Assembly: GCF_009914755.1 (NCBI RefSeq)
Contig: NC_060943.1
Length of the DNA: 64,000 nucleotides
Reading direction: 5' to 3' (one strand)
From: the human T2T-CHM13v2.0 reference genome, Homo sapiens
The translations under genes were made by a program, and so were the position numbers. Of this stretch, positions 12,999 through 26,812 are shown piece after piece. How positions within the stretch are numbered: the first letter of the stretch is position 1; every line of letters starts with the position of its first letter. The notes beneath the pieces are model-generated. The model did no database searches, was not told where the DNA came from, and was given only the letters and a program-made list of their open reading frames with translations.

Positions 12999-15900
12999 CC
13001 ATCGTATCATTCTTATGCCTTTGCATCCTCATAGCTTAGCTCCCACTTATGAATGATAACATACAATGTTTGGTTTTCCATTCCTGAGTTACTTCACTTA
13101 GAATAATGGTCTCCAATTTTATCCGGGTTGCTGCGAATGCCAATAGTTTGTTCCTTTTTATGGCTGAGTAGTATTCCATGGTATACATATACACCACAAT
13201 TTCTTTATCCACTCGTTGATTGATGGGCATTTGAGCTGGTTTTATATATTTTCCAATTGCAAATTGTGCTGCCATAAACGTGTGTGTGCAAGTATCTTTT
13301 TAAAATAATGACTTATTTTCCTCGGGGTAGATACCCAGTAGTGGGATTGCTGGATCAAATGGTAGTTCTACTTTTAGTTTCCTGAAGGACTCTCCACACT
13401 GTTTTCCATAGTGTTTGTACTAGTTTACATTCCCACCAGCAGTGTAAAAGTGTTCCCTTTTCAACGCATCCCCACCAACATCTACTATTTATTTATTTAT
13501 TTTTTTATTTTGGCCATTCTTGCGGGAGTAAGGTGGTATTGCATTGTGGTTTTGATTTGCATTTCTCTGGTCGTTAGTGATGTTGAGCATTTTTTCATGT
13601 GTTTGTTGGCCATTTGTTTATCTTCTTTTGAGAATTTTCTGTTCAGGTCCTTGGCCCACTTTTTGATAGGACTGTTTGGTTTATTCATGATCATTTGTTT
13701 GAGTTCCTTGTAGATTCTGGATATTAGTTCTTTGTTGGATGTAAAGGTTGCAAAGATTTTCTGCCACTCTGTGAGTTGTGTGTTTACTCTCCTGATTGTT
13801 TCTTCTGCTGTGCAGAAGCTTTTTAGTTTAATTAAGTCCCATCTATTTATCTTTTTGCTTTTGTTGCATTTATTTTAGAGTTATTGGTCATGAGGCCTTT
13901 GCCTAAGCCAATGTCCAGAAAGGTTTTTCTGATGTTATCTTCTAGAATTTTTATAGTTTCAGGTCTTAGATTTAAGTCCTTCATCCACCTTGAGCTGATT
14001 TTTCTATGAGCTGGGAGATGAGGATCCAGTTTCATTCTTCTACATGTGGCTTGCCAATTATCCCAGCACCATTTGTTGAATAGGGTGTCCTTTCCCCACT
14101 TTATATTTTTGTTTACTTTGTCAAAGATCAGCTGGCAGTAACTATTTGACTTTATTTCTGGGGTTTCTATTCTGTTCTATTGGTCTATGTGCCTATCTTT
14201 GTACCAGTACCATATTGTTTTGGTGACTATGACCTTATATTAACAGTATAGCTTGAAGTCAGGCAATGCGATGCCTCCAGATTTGCTCTTTTTGCTGAGT
14301 CTTGCTTTGGTATGTATACTCTTTTTTGGTTCCATATGAATTTTAGGATTGTTTTTCCTAGTTCTGTGAAGAATGATGGTGGTATTTTGATGGGAATTGC
14401 ATTGAATTTGTAGATTGCTTTTGGCAGTATGGTCATTTTCATAATGTTGAAATTTTCACATGGGATGCTAGAGCATGGGATGTGTTTCCATTTGTTTGTG
14501 TCATCAACAATCTCTTTCAGCAGTGTTTTGTAGTTTTCCTTGCAGAGGTCTGTCACCTCCTTGGTGAGGTATATTCCTAAGTATTTTATTTATTTTATTT
14601 TTGTGGCTATTGTAAAAGGGGTTGAGTTCTTGATTTGTTTCTCAGTTAGTTGCTGTTGGTGTATAGCAGAACTACTAGTTTGTGAACATTAATTTTGTCT
14701 CCTGAAATTTTGCTGAATTTATTTTTCAGTTCTAGGAGCTTTTTGGAGGAGTCTTTAAAGTTTTCTAGGTATACAATCTTAGCATCAGCAAACAGCGACA
14801 GTTTGACTTCGTCTTTACTGATTTGGATGCCCTTTATTTCTTTCTCTTGTCTGATTGTTCTGGCTAGGGCTTCCAGTTCTATGTTGAATAGAAGTGGTGA
14901 GAGTGGGCACCATTGTCTTGTTCCAGTTCTCAGAGGGAATGCTTTCAACTTTTTCCCGTTCAGTATTATATTGGCTGTGGGTTTGTCATAGATGGCTTTT
15001 ATTACTTTAAGGTATGTCTCTTCTATGACTATTATGCTGAGGGTTGTAATCATAAAGGGGTGCCGGATTTTGTCAAATGCTTTTTCTGCATCTATTGAGA
15101 TGATAATCTGATTTTTGTTTATGTGGCATATCTGTTTATGTGGCATCTAATTCTGTTTATGTGGCATATCACATTTATTGATTTGTGTATGTTAAACCAT
15201 GATTGCGTTTTTTGGCATGCAGGGATGCAGTGGGTTTCACCTGATTGTGGTGGATTACCTTTCTGATAAGCTGTTGGATTTGGTTAGCTAGTATTTTGTT
15301 AAGAATTTTTGCATGTATATTCATCAGTGATATTGGTCTGTACTTTTCTTTTTTTGTTGTGTCCTTTCTTGGTTTTGGTATTAGGGTGATACTGGCTTCA
15401 CAGAATGATTTAGGGAGGATTTCCTCCTATCTTATCAATACAATTTGTACCAATTCTTCTTTGAATGTCTGATAGAATTCAGCTGTGAATCCGTCTGGTC
15501 CTGGACTTTTTTGTTGGCAATTTTAAAATTAGGATTTCAATCTTGCTGCTTGTTATTGGTCTTTTCAGAGTTTCTAATTCTTCCTGGTTTAATCTAGGAA
15601 GGTTGTATATTTCCAGGAATTTGTCCATCTCCTCTAGGTTTTCTAGTTTACGCACAGAAAGGTGTTCATGGCAGCCTTGAGTGATCTTTTTGTATTTCTG
15701 TCATACTGGTCAAAATATCTCCCATCTTATTTCTAATTGAGCTTATTTGGGTCTTCTCTCTTCTTTTTTGGTTAATATCACTAATGGTCCATTAATTTTA
15801 TTTATCTTTTCGAAGAATCAGCTTTTGGTCTCATTTACCTTTTGTATTTTTTTTTGTTTGTTTCAATTTCATTTAGTTCTGCTCTGATCTTGGTTATTTC

Positions 15901-16420
15901 TTTTCTTCTGCTGGGTTTGGCTTTGGTTTGTTCTTGTTTCTCTAGTTCCTTGAGATGTGACCTTAGATTGTCTATTTGTGCTCCTTCAGACTCTTTGATG
16001 CAGACATTTAAGGCTATGAACTTTCCTCTTAGCACTGCCTTTGCTGTATCCCAGAGGTTTCTATATGTTTTTGATATGTTGTGTCACTATTATCATTCCA
16101 TTCAAAGAATTTTTTAATTTCCATCTTGATTTCATTCTTGTCCCAACAGTCATTCAGGAGCAGGGTATTTAATTTCCATGTATTTGCATGGTTTTGAGGG
16201 CTCCTTTTGGAGTTGATTTTCAATTTTATTCCACTGTGTTCTGAAAGAGTACTTGATAGAATTTCAATTTTCTTAAATTTATTGAGACTTGTTTTGTGGC
16301 CTATCATATTGTCTATCTTGGAGAATGTTTCATCTGCTGACAAATAGAATGTATATTCTGCAGCTGTTGGGTAGAATGTTCAAATATCTGGTAAGTCCAA
16401 GCTATAGTTCAAATCCATTG
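12999..16420 (-). mobile_element. Old primate L1 (ORF2 plus 3' region), frameshifted
   Basis: Multiple broken ORF2 peptides ([35 protein letters not shown]). Confidence 0.93.
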
Positions 16421-17039
16421 TTCTATCGGCCACTGAAAATATACATACACATTTATTATTGCAATAGCAAAATGCTATAAGCTGGGTTGACCCTATAAAA
16501 TCTTCCTTTTCTGGGAAAAAATCCATTAATAATTTCAAATAACAAAATAAAAATGGACGGACAGTTAATAAAACTATAACAAGAGAATCTTGGTAGTCAT
16601 TTTTTCTTCTTCTCTTCCAATCACATTAAATCTTCAATCCAAGATATACAGTTTGCTCTTCCTTTAAAACTTATTAATATTCTGACCAATTCTACCAGCT
16701 CTACTTCCACAGTGCCAACCAAACAGGATCAAATGCATCTAATGGTTTTTTTTAAAGGGAGTAGTTTGACTGCCAGGACCTACTGAGGCCAACAATATTA
16801 AGAAAGCTTCTGAAAATACTGTAAAAGAATTTTCTTTAAATAGTGAACCAAAAAAGCCCTTCCATTTGTGTAGTTGCTTTGACAAAACTGCAAACTCACC
16901 ATCAATTAAAACTGTAAATATGGCAATAAAGGTAAGTCCATCTTTTCGTCTTATTCTTCTGTTAGCTGTGACTCCATTTCTTCGCTTCCTCTTGCCGCAA
17001 ATCTCCTTGAAAGAAGTGCCTATTCCTTAAGCATTACTA

Positions 17040-17722
17040 CTAATAAAATATCAAAAAACAACAGATGTTGGCATGGATGCAAAGAAAAGGGAATGCTAAT
17101 ACACTGTTGGTGGGAACGTAACTGGTTCTACCTCTATGGAAAACAGTATGGCAATATCTCTACGAATTAAAAAAAGACCTACCATTCCACCCAGTAATCC
17201 CAATACTGGGTATATACACCCCAAAAAAGAAATAATTATATGAAAAGACACCTTAACTCTTATGTTTATTGCAGCACTATTCACAATAGGAAAGTCACAG
17301 AATCAAAGTAAGTGTCCATCAACAGTTGATTGAATAAAGAAAATGTGCTACATATACACCAGGGAATACTAAGTAGCCATAAAAAGAATGAAATTCTGTC
17401 CTTTGCAGTGACATGGTTGGAGCTGGAGACTATTATCCTATGTGAACTAACTCAGAAGCAGAAAATCAAATACTGCATGTTCTCACTTACAAGTGGGAGG
17501 TAAACGATGGGTTCATATGGACATAAAAATAGAAATAACAGACCCTGGGGGCTTGAAAATGGGGCAGAGAGAGGAGGAAGTGAGGGTTGAAAGATTACCT
17601 ATTGAACACAATGTTCAGTATTTGAGTGATGGGTACACCAGAAGCCCAAGCCTTACCATTATGCAATACACTCAGGAAAAAAACACGCACATGTGTCCCC
17701 AAATCTAAAATTAAAAAAAAAA
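17040..17722 (+). mobile_element. L1 3' end (L1MA/L1PB-like); copies at about 21220-21908 and 25775-27085
   Basis: L1 ORF2 end and 3'UTR with A-tail, repeated in each tandem unit. Confidence 0.85.
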
Positions 17723-17884
17723 AATTTAACCCTCTTTATGGAGGGTTCAAAGGATAAAATAAAGTATAACTATACAAGCTTTCATATAATAATAGATGAA
17801 AACATATATATATTGATTACTCAAAAGGAAAAAAGAACAACATAGTCTTACTTTCTTCTAATATCTTTATTCATCTCCCCTCAA

Positions 17885-18580
17885 ACTCAGTCTGAATGGC
17901 CTTCTATCCTTCCACCTCATAGAAATGATTCTGTTAAAGGCATTAATGGCCTGCATATTGCTAAACACAGTGGTCAGCGGTCAGGCCTCATCTTACTTAA
18001 CCTGCCAGGTGATTATTCCTTCCTCCTTGATAAACTTTCTTCACTTAGCTACCAGGACACTGAACTATCTTGGTTTCTTCTCATCTCACTGTTTGCTCCA
18101 TCTCAGTGTCCCTTACTGCTTCCTCTTTTTCTCCTGACTTCTTTATCTTGGATCGACCCAATGCTGTTTCTCTTCCTTTTTTTAGCTGTACTTACGCCCT
18201 TGGTGATGGCAATCTCTCAAATTTGAAATGTTATCTATTTGTTACAACCCTCCAATTTGTATCCCCAATCCAAACCTCTCTACTAAACTCTAAACCCATA
18301 TATTCAACTCTCTGCACTTGGACATACAAAAGCATCTCAAGTTCAAGATTCCCAAAGCTGAGCTTCTGATATCCTTCCCCCTTAAACGTGCTCCATCCAC
18401 AGCTTTGCCAATCTCAGTTGATGGCTTCTTCAACAGTGCAGTGCCTTGGGCCAAATCCTGGTAGTTACTCTCAATTCTTCCCCTTTTATCACATCCCACA
18501 TCCAATCCACCAGGAAATACAGTTTGCACTTTTTTTTAAAACATATCAATATTCTGACCAATTCTACCAGATCCACTTCT
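17885..18580 (+). mobile_element. L2 fragment; copies at about 22285-22960 and 27240-28315 (last copy continues further 3')
   Basis: Matches recalled L2a motifs (attgctaaa...cctcatcttactt, aaactttcttcactt, catctcaaactc). Confidence 0.8.
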
Positions 18581-18835
18581 ATGATGCCAAAAAATCAGGA
18601 TTAAATACATCTAATGGTTGTTTTCAGAGAGAGATGTTTGTTTGTCAGGACCCATTGAAAAAGAAATGCCACTGATGTATTTTCTGGGAGCCAATATTTC
18701 TTTCCTGATGGCTGCCATAAGGACCCTTCTATTGTTCTCCACTCCAGGGAACATAATGCAATCAATGTGTGCATAAGTAAACCTAAGACACAGGTGAAGA
18801 TGTAAAGATGATTTTGTTAGTTTGAAAGCCAATTA

Positions 18836-20770
18836 CGAAGGCAGAGGAGCAAGATGGTGGAATAGAAGGCTCCACTGATCATCCCCCATGAAAGGACAAG
18901 AGGATAACAAGTACCTGCCTGGAAAAAACACCTTCATAAGAACCAAAACCTGGTGAGCACTCATAGTACCTGGTTTTAACTTCATATCGCTGAAAGAGGC
19001 ACTGAAAATATAGCAAAAACAGCCCTGAATCAGGGGCATCATCTCCGCCCACCACCACCAGCCCCCCCAAACACACTCCCTGGCAGCAACAGCGTGGTAC
19101 AGAGGGCATCTCTGGGCGGTGGCAGAGGAAGAACAGCAATTGTGAGGCAATGGACTCAGTGCTGTCCTGCTAGACTAGAAAGAAGAACTGGACCAAACTC
19201 GGCTGATGCCTGCTCTGAAAGGTAAGCTCCAGGCCAGGCAACATCCACTACAAGCTGACTTAAGGGCTTTTGGGTCCTAAGGGAACATCAGTGGTAGACT
19301 GGCAGTACTCCTCATGGCCTGGGGAGGCAATAGCTACAGAATCAGGCTTCTCTGCCTTTGGAAAGGGGACAGAAGAGTGGGAAGGACTGTGTCATGTAGT
19401 TTGAGTGCCACCTCAGCCACAATATAATAGAACACTAGGTAGACTTCTAAGGTTTTTGAGTCCAGTCCCTGACTCCCAGATGGCACTTCTGGACCCACCT
19501 GGGGCCTGGGAGATCTCCCTGATCTTATGGGAAAAACACAGGCCTGGCTGGCTTTGCCACTTGCTGATATTAGAGCCCCAGGGCCTTGAGCAAACATAGG
19601 CAGCAGCCTGGCAGTTGTTACAGCAGATGTTGGTGGAGACTCAGTGCTGTGCTGCCATCAGGTATGACCCAGCACACTTATAGTGGTGGTGGCCACAGGG
19701 GTGTCTGTGATACGTTTCCCTCAGCTCCAGGCAGCTCAGCACGGAGAGGCTCTGTATGCTTGGGAGAAATTTAGGGAAGAGAACAGAGTCTCTGCCTGGT
19801 AATCCAGAGAACTCTCCTGGATCTTGTCCAAGATCATCAAGGCCATACCTCCAACAGTCTGTAAGGACACAAATCTCCTTGAAAGAAGTGCCTATCATGT
19901 ACGTTTATTGCGGCACTATTCACAATAGCAAAGACTTGGAACCAACCCAAATGTCCATCAATAATAGACTGGATTAAGCAAATGTGGGACCTATACACCA
20001 TGGAATACTATGTGGCCGTAAAAAAGGATGAGTTCATGTCCTTTGCAGGGACATGGATGAAGCTGGAAACCATCATTCTCAGCAAACTGTCACAATAACA
20101 GAAAACCAAACAGCACATGTTCTCACTCATAAGTGGGAGTTGAACAAACAAAACACATGGACATAGGGAGGGGAACATCACACACTGGGGCCTGTCGGGG
20201 AGTGGGGGACTATGGGAAGGATAGCATTAGGAGAAATACCTAATGTAGGTGATGGTTTGATGGGTGCAGCAAACCACCATGGCACGAGTATACCTATGTA
20301 ATAAAACTGCACGTTCTGCAAATGTACCCCAGAAGTTAAAGTATAATAATAACAAAAAAGAAAGAAGTGCCTATTTCTTGAGTATTATCATGTTATTAGG
20401 CTTGGGGCATCCAGTGAAGTATATACAGCTTAGGTCACCACACCCAAGTCCTTTCAAATATCTGGAAAGCCTTCCCAGGAAGGATGGCTACAAATAAGCA
20501 CAGCCAGTGAAAACTACAATAAACACCTAACCCTCCAATGCATAGACACCAAATAACATCTGCTAGCATTAACACCAACCAGGAAAACATGACCTCACAA
20601 AATGAACTAAATAAGGGAGCAGGGACCAGTCTTGGAGAAACACAGATATGTGACCCTTCACACAGAGAATTCAAAATAGCTGTGTTGAGGAAACTCAAAG
20701 AAATTCAAGATAACATAAGAGGAATTCAGAATTCTATCAGATGTATTTAACAAAGAGATTGAAATAAAAA
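18836..20770 (+). mobile_element. Old L1 5'UTR/ORF1-start segment inserted in the orphan segment; copy at about 23213-25435
   Basis: Begins gaggagcaagatggtggaatag; ORF1-like QENMTSQNELNK...EFKIAVLRKLKEIQ; flanked by GAAAGCCAATTA at 18824-18835 and 20771-20782. Confidence 0.8.
19896..20359 (+). mobile_element. L1PA 3' fragment
   Basis: 15-bp TSD GAAAGAAGTGCCTAT at 19881-19895 and 20360-20374. Confidence 0.9.
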
Positions 20771-22048
20771 GAAAGCCAATTAAACTGCTCCATTGACATG
20801 TTTCCAGATTCAGGGTCTATAAACCACTTTTTTCAATGATTGTATGAAGCAGAAAGTTGATGTCAAGGTGACCAGCAGCGACACCCAGGTACCACATCGA
20901 GGGCTTTGAATTAACTTTCAGCAGAGTCAATCCCAGTGCTGTCAAGCAAATAAAAATAGAGTGAGGCCAACAATCTCAAGAATACTTCTGAAAATGTTGG
21001 AAAGAATTTTCTTTAAATAGTGAATAACAACAAGAAAAACCTTCCATTTGTGGAGTTGCTTCAATAAAACTGCAACCCCACCATCAATTAAAAGTTTAAG
21101 GCCACAACAATAAAGAAATGTCCATCTCTTGATCTCATTCTTCTGCTAGCTGTGGCCTCATTTCTTTGCCTCCTCTTGCCACAAATCTCCCTGAAAGAAG
21201 TGCCTATCCTTTGGGTAATATTCAAGAGTCAAAAAACAACAGATGTTGGCATGGATGCAGAGAAAAGGGAATGCTTGTACACTGCTCGTGGGAAGGTATA
21301 TTTGTTCTACCTCGATGGAAAACAGTGTGGAGATATTTCAAGGGATCAAAAATAAAGCTACATTTTGACTCAGCAATCCCACTATTGAGCACCTACCTAA
21401 AGGAAAAAAATGATTATATAAAAAAGACACCTGGACTCTTATGTTTATTACAGCACTATTCACAATAGCAAATTCATGGGACCAACCTAAGTGTCCATCA
21501 ACAGTTGACTGGATAAAGAAAATGTGCTACATATACATTGTAGAACACTATGTAGCCATAAAAAGAATAAAATCTTGTCCTTGGCAGCAACGTGGATGAA
21601 GCTGGAGTCTATTATCCTAAGTGAACTAACTAGGAAGCAGAAAATCAAATACTGCATGTTCTCACTTATACATGAGAGGTGAATGATGGGTACGCATGAA
21701 CATAAAAATGGAAATAATAGACACTGGGGACTCCAAGAGGTGCAAAGAGATGGGGGAGTGAGGATCAAAAGACTGCTTATTGAACACAATGTTCAGTATT
21801 TGGGTGATGGGTACCCCAGAAGCCCAATCCCTGCCATTATGCAGTACACCCATGTAACAAACATGCACATGTACCCCCTGAATGTAAAATGTTTGAAAAA
21901 AAAAAAAGAATCTTGACCTTCTTTATGCAGGGTTTAGAGGATAAAATCATTAAAGAATATGCAAGCTTTCTTATAGTAATAGATGATAAAATCATATCGA
22001 TTACTCGAAAGGAAAAAACTGCCTATTCTTACTTTGTTATATTTTCTT

Positions 22049-22284
22049 CATTCATTTCTTTTTTTTATTATACTTTAAGTTTTAGGGTACATATGCACAG
22101 GCAACCTACAGAATGGGAGAAAATTTTTGCAATCTACTCATCTGACAAAGGGCTAATATCCAGAATCTACAATGAACTCAAACAAATTTACAAGAAAAAA
22201 CAAACAACCCCATCAAAAAGTGGCGAAGGATATGAACAGACACTTCTCAAAAGAAGATATTTATGCAGCCATTCATTTCTTTTT
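22049..22284 (-). mobile_element. Very short twin-primed L1PA insertion
   Basis: TSD CATTCATTTCTTTTT; about 35 nt of antisense L1 3' end joined to about 175 nt of sense ORF2. Confidence 0.85.
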
Positions 22285-25200
22285 AAACTCAGTCTGAAAT
22301 GGCCTTCTCTCCTTCCACCTCATAGAAATGATTTCTATAAAAGTCGTTAATGGCCTGCGCATTGCTAAACATAATGGTCGGTTATCAGTCCTCATCTTAC
22401 TTAACCTGCCAGTTGATTATTCTTTCCCCTTGATAAACTTTCTTCACTTAGCCACCAGCACGCTGGAATCTCTTGGTTTCTTGCTCCATCTCAGTGTCCT
22501 CTACTGCTTCCTCCTTTTCTCTTGACCTCTTTATCTTGGATTGACCGATGCTGTTCCCCTTCTCTTTTTAAGCTGCACTTACTCCCTTGATAATCTCAAC
22601 CTCTCAAGTTTGAAATGTTATCTGTTACAGGCCCCAATTTACATCCCCAATTTAGACCTATCTACTAAACTCTAAACTCATATAGTAAACTGTCTGCACG
22701 TGGTCATACAACAGGCAAGTCAAATTCAAGATTCCCGAAGCTGATCTCCTAATAGTCTTCTCCTTTAATGTGTTCCATCCACAGCTTTGCCGATCTCAGT
22801 TTATGAATTCTTTGCTCCTCCAGAGTCTTGGGCAAAAATCTTGGTAGTCATTCTTTATTCTCTTTTTATCACAACCCACAACCAATTCACCAAGAAATAT
22901 AGTTTGCTCTTCCTTTAAAATATATCAGTATTCTGATCAATTCTACCATGGTCCACTTCCAGGATGCCAACAAAACAGGATTAAATACATCTAATGGTTG
23001 TTTTCAGAAAGAGTCGTTTGTTTTCTGGGACCCACTGAAGAAATGCCACTGATGTACCTTCTGGGGGCCAGTATTTCTTACCCGATTTCTGCTGTAAGGA
23101 CTCTCCTATTATTCTCCACTCCAGGGAGCATCACACAATTGGTGTGTGCATAAGTAAACCTAAGATACAGGTGGAAATGTAAATATAATTTTGCTAGTTT
23201 GAAAGCCAATTACGAAGGCAGAGGAGCAAGATGGTGGAATAGAAGGCTCCACTGATCATACCCCTGCAAAGATACCAGGTTAACAAGAATCTAACCAGGA
23301 AAAAAAAAAAAAACACCCTCAGAAGAACCAAAAATCAGGTGAGCACTCGTAGGCCCTGGTTTTAACTATATATTGCTGAAAGAGGCACTGAAGAGAGAAA
23401 AAACAGCCCTGAATCTCAGGCACCACCTCCCCCGGCACTCCCTGGCAGCAGCAGAGTGGTACAGAGATCTTCTCTGGGAGCTGGGAGAGGAAGAACAGAG
23501 CAGTCGTGAAGCACTGAACTCAGTGCTGTCCGTTAGAGCAGAAAGTAAAACTGGACCAAATTCAGCTGATGCCTGCTCATGGAGGAAGCATTTACACTAG
23601 CGCTAGCCAGAGGGGAATCACAGATCCCAGTGATCTTGAACTTGAGTGAACTTGAGTGTCTGCGAATCTCACCACTGAGAGCTACAGCATTCTGTGTCTC
23701 CAAGTAACCTGGAAAAGCAGTCTAGGCTGTAAGGACTGCAACTCTTAGGCTAGCCCTAGTGCTGAACTAGGGCCAGAAATAGCGGACTTGGGATGCACAT
23801 GACATACAAAAACACCAGCTTGGGCAGCCAAGGGAGTACTGGCATCTCCTCCCCAACTCCAAGCTGCACAGCTCACAGCTCCAAAACAGACCCCTTTCTT
23901 TCACTTAAAGAGAGGAGAGGGAAGAGTGGGAAAAGCTTTGCCTTGCATCTAGGATATCAGCTCAGCCACAGCAGGATAGGACATTGGTTGGAGTCATGAG
24001 GCCCCCGTTCCAGGCCCTAGCTCCCAGATGGCATTTCTAGACACACCCTGAGCCAGAAGGAAACTTGCTGTCTTCAAGGAAAGGACCCATTCCTGGAAGC
24101 ATTCATCACCTGCTAACTGAATAGCTATTTATCACCTTGGACCCCAAATAACCAGCAGTGATACCCAGGTACTACGTTGAGGGCCTTGGGTGAGCCTCTG
24201 AGACCTGTGACTTCAGAAGAGACTCAGCACATTCCTGTCTGTGGCTGTTATGAGGCAAGGCTCCTGCTTGAGTAAAGCAGAGGGAAAAGCAAGGGGGACT
24301 TGGTCTTGCACCTTAGGTACCAGCATGACCACAGGGAGTAGAGCACCAATCGGGGTCTTAGAGTCATTGACTCGGACTTGACTCTTGAACAGCAATTCTG
24401 AACCAGCCCTGGGCCAGAAGAGAGCCCACTGCCCTGGAGGGTGAGCCCCAGGCCAGGCAGCATTCACTACAAGCTGACCTAGGAGCTGTTGAGCCCTAAG
24501 AGAATATCAGAGGGAGTCTGGCAGTATTCCTTGTGGCCTAGAGTGGCAGTGGCTATGGGGTGACCACTGCCTTTGGAAAGAGCAAGGAAGAGTGGGAAGG
24601 ACTATGCCTTGTGGTCTGAGTGCCAGCTCAGCCACAATACAATAGAACACCAGGTAGGCTTCTAAGGTCCTTGACTCCAGTCCCTGACTCCTGGATGGCA
24701 CTTCTGGACCCACCTAGGGCCTGGGGGATATTTGCCACCTGCTGATATTGAGCCCCAGGTTCTTGAGCAAACATAGGCAGCAGCCAGGCAGTGGTTACAG
24801 AAAGCCTTTGAGGAGACCAAGTACTGTGCTGGCTTCAGGTCTGACCCAGAACAGTCATAGTGGTGGTGACCACAATGGTGTTTGTGTCACCTTTTCCACA
24901 GCTCCAGGCAGCCCAGCACAGAGAGACTCTGTGTGTTTGGTAGAAGTTAAGGGACAAGAACAAGAGTCTCTGCCTCATAACTCAGAGAATTCTCCTGGAT
25001 CTTGTCCAAGACCATCAATGCAGTACCTCTAAGAGTCTGCAAGAAGCATCATGTTACTGGACTTGGGGTATCCTCTAAAGCAGATACAGCTTAGGTCACC
25101 ACACCCAAGTTATTTCAAATATCCAGAAAGCCTTCCCAAGAAGAATGGCTACAAATAAGCCCAGACAGTGAAGATTACAACAAATACCTAATCCTCCAAT

Positions 25201-25891
25201 TCCTAGACACTGAAGAACATCTATTAGCATCAACACCATCCAGAAAAACATGACCTCACCAGATGAACTAAATAAGTCACCAGGGACCAATCTTGGAGAA
25301 ACAGAGGGATGTGACCTTTCAGGCAGAGAAAAATAGCTGTGTTGAGGAAACTCAAAGAAATTCAAGATAACACAAAGATGGAATTCAGAATGCTTTCAAG
25401 TGTATTTAACAAAGAAATTGAAATAATTAAAAAGAAAGACAGTTAAACTTCTCCACTGACATTTTTCCAGATTCAGGGTCTATAAGCCACTTCTTTCAAT
25501 TCTTGTCTGAAGCAGAAAGTCGATTTAAGGATATTAGCAAATAAAAATATAGTGAGGCCAACAATCTTAAGAATGCTTCTCAAAAAATGGTGAAAAATTT
25601 TTCTTCAAATAGTGAACAAAAAATAAAAGCCTTTCTATTTGTGCAGCTGCTTCAATAAAACTGCAACTTCTCCGTCAATTAAAACTTTTAATCCAGACAA
25701 TAGAGAGAAGTCCATCTTTTGATCTCATTCTTCTGCTAGCTGTGATTCCATTTCTTTGTTTCCTCTTGGGTGTTATTAATAAAATGTCAAAAAAACAACA
25801 GATGTTGGCATGGATGCAGAGAAAAGGGAATGCTTGTACACTGTTCATGGGAAGGTAGATTGGTTCTACCTCTACGAAAATCAGTATGTAG

Positions 25892-26299
<408 letters not shown>

Positions 26300-26402
26300 T
26301 GCACTCCTATGTTTATTCCAGCACTATCCACAATAGAAAGTTCATGGAACCAATCTAAGTGTACATTAACAGTTGATTGGATAAAGAAAATATGCTACAT
26401 AT

Positions 26403-26812
<410 letters not shown>

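Noticed and set aside
13036-16343. Reverse-transcriptase-like ORFs
   Set aside because: Frameshifted old L1 ORF2; no intact element
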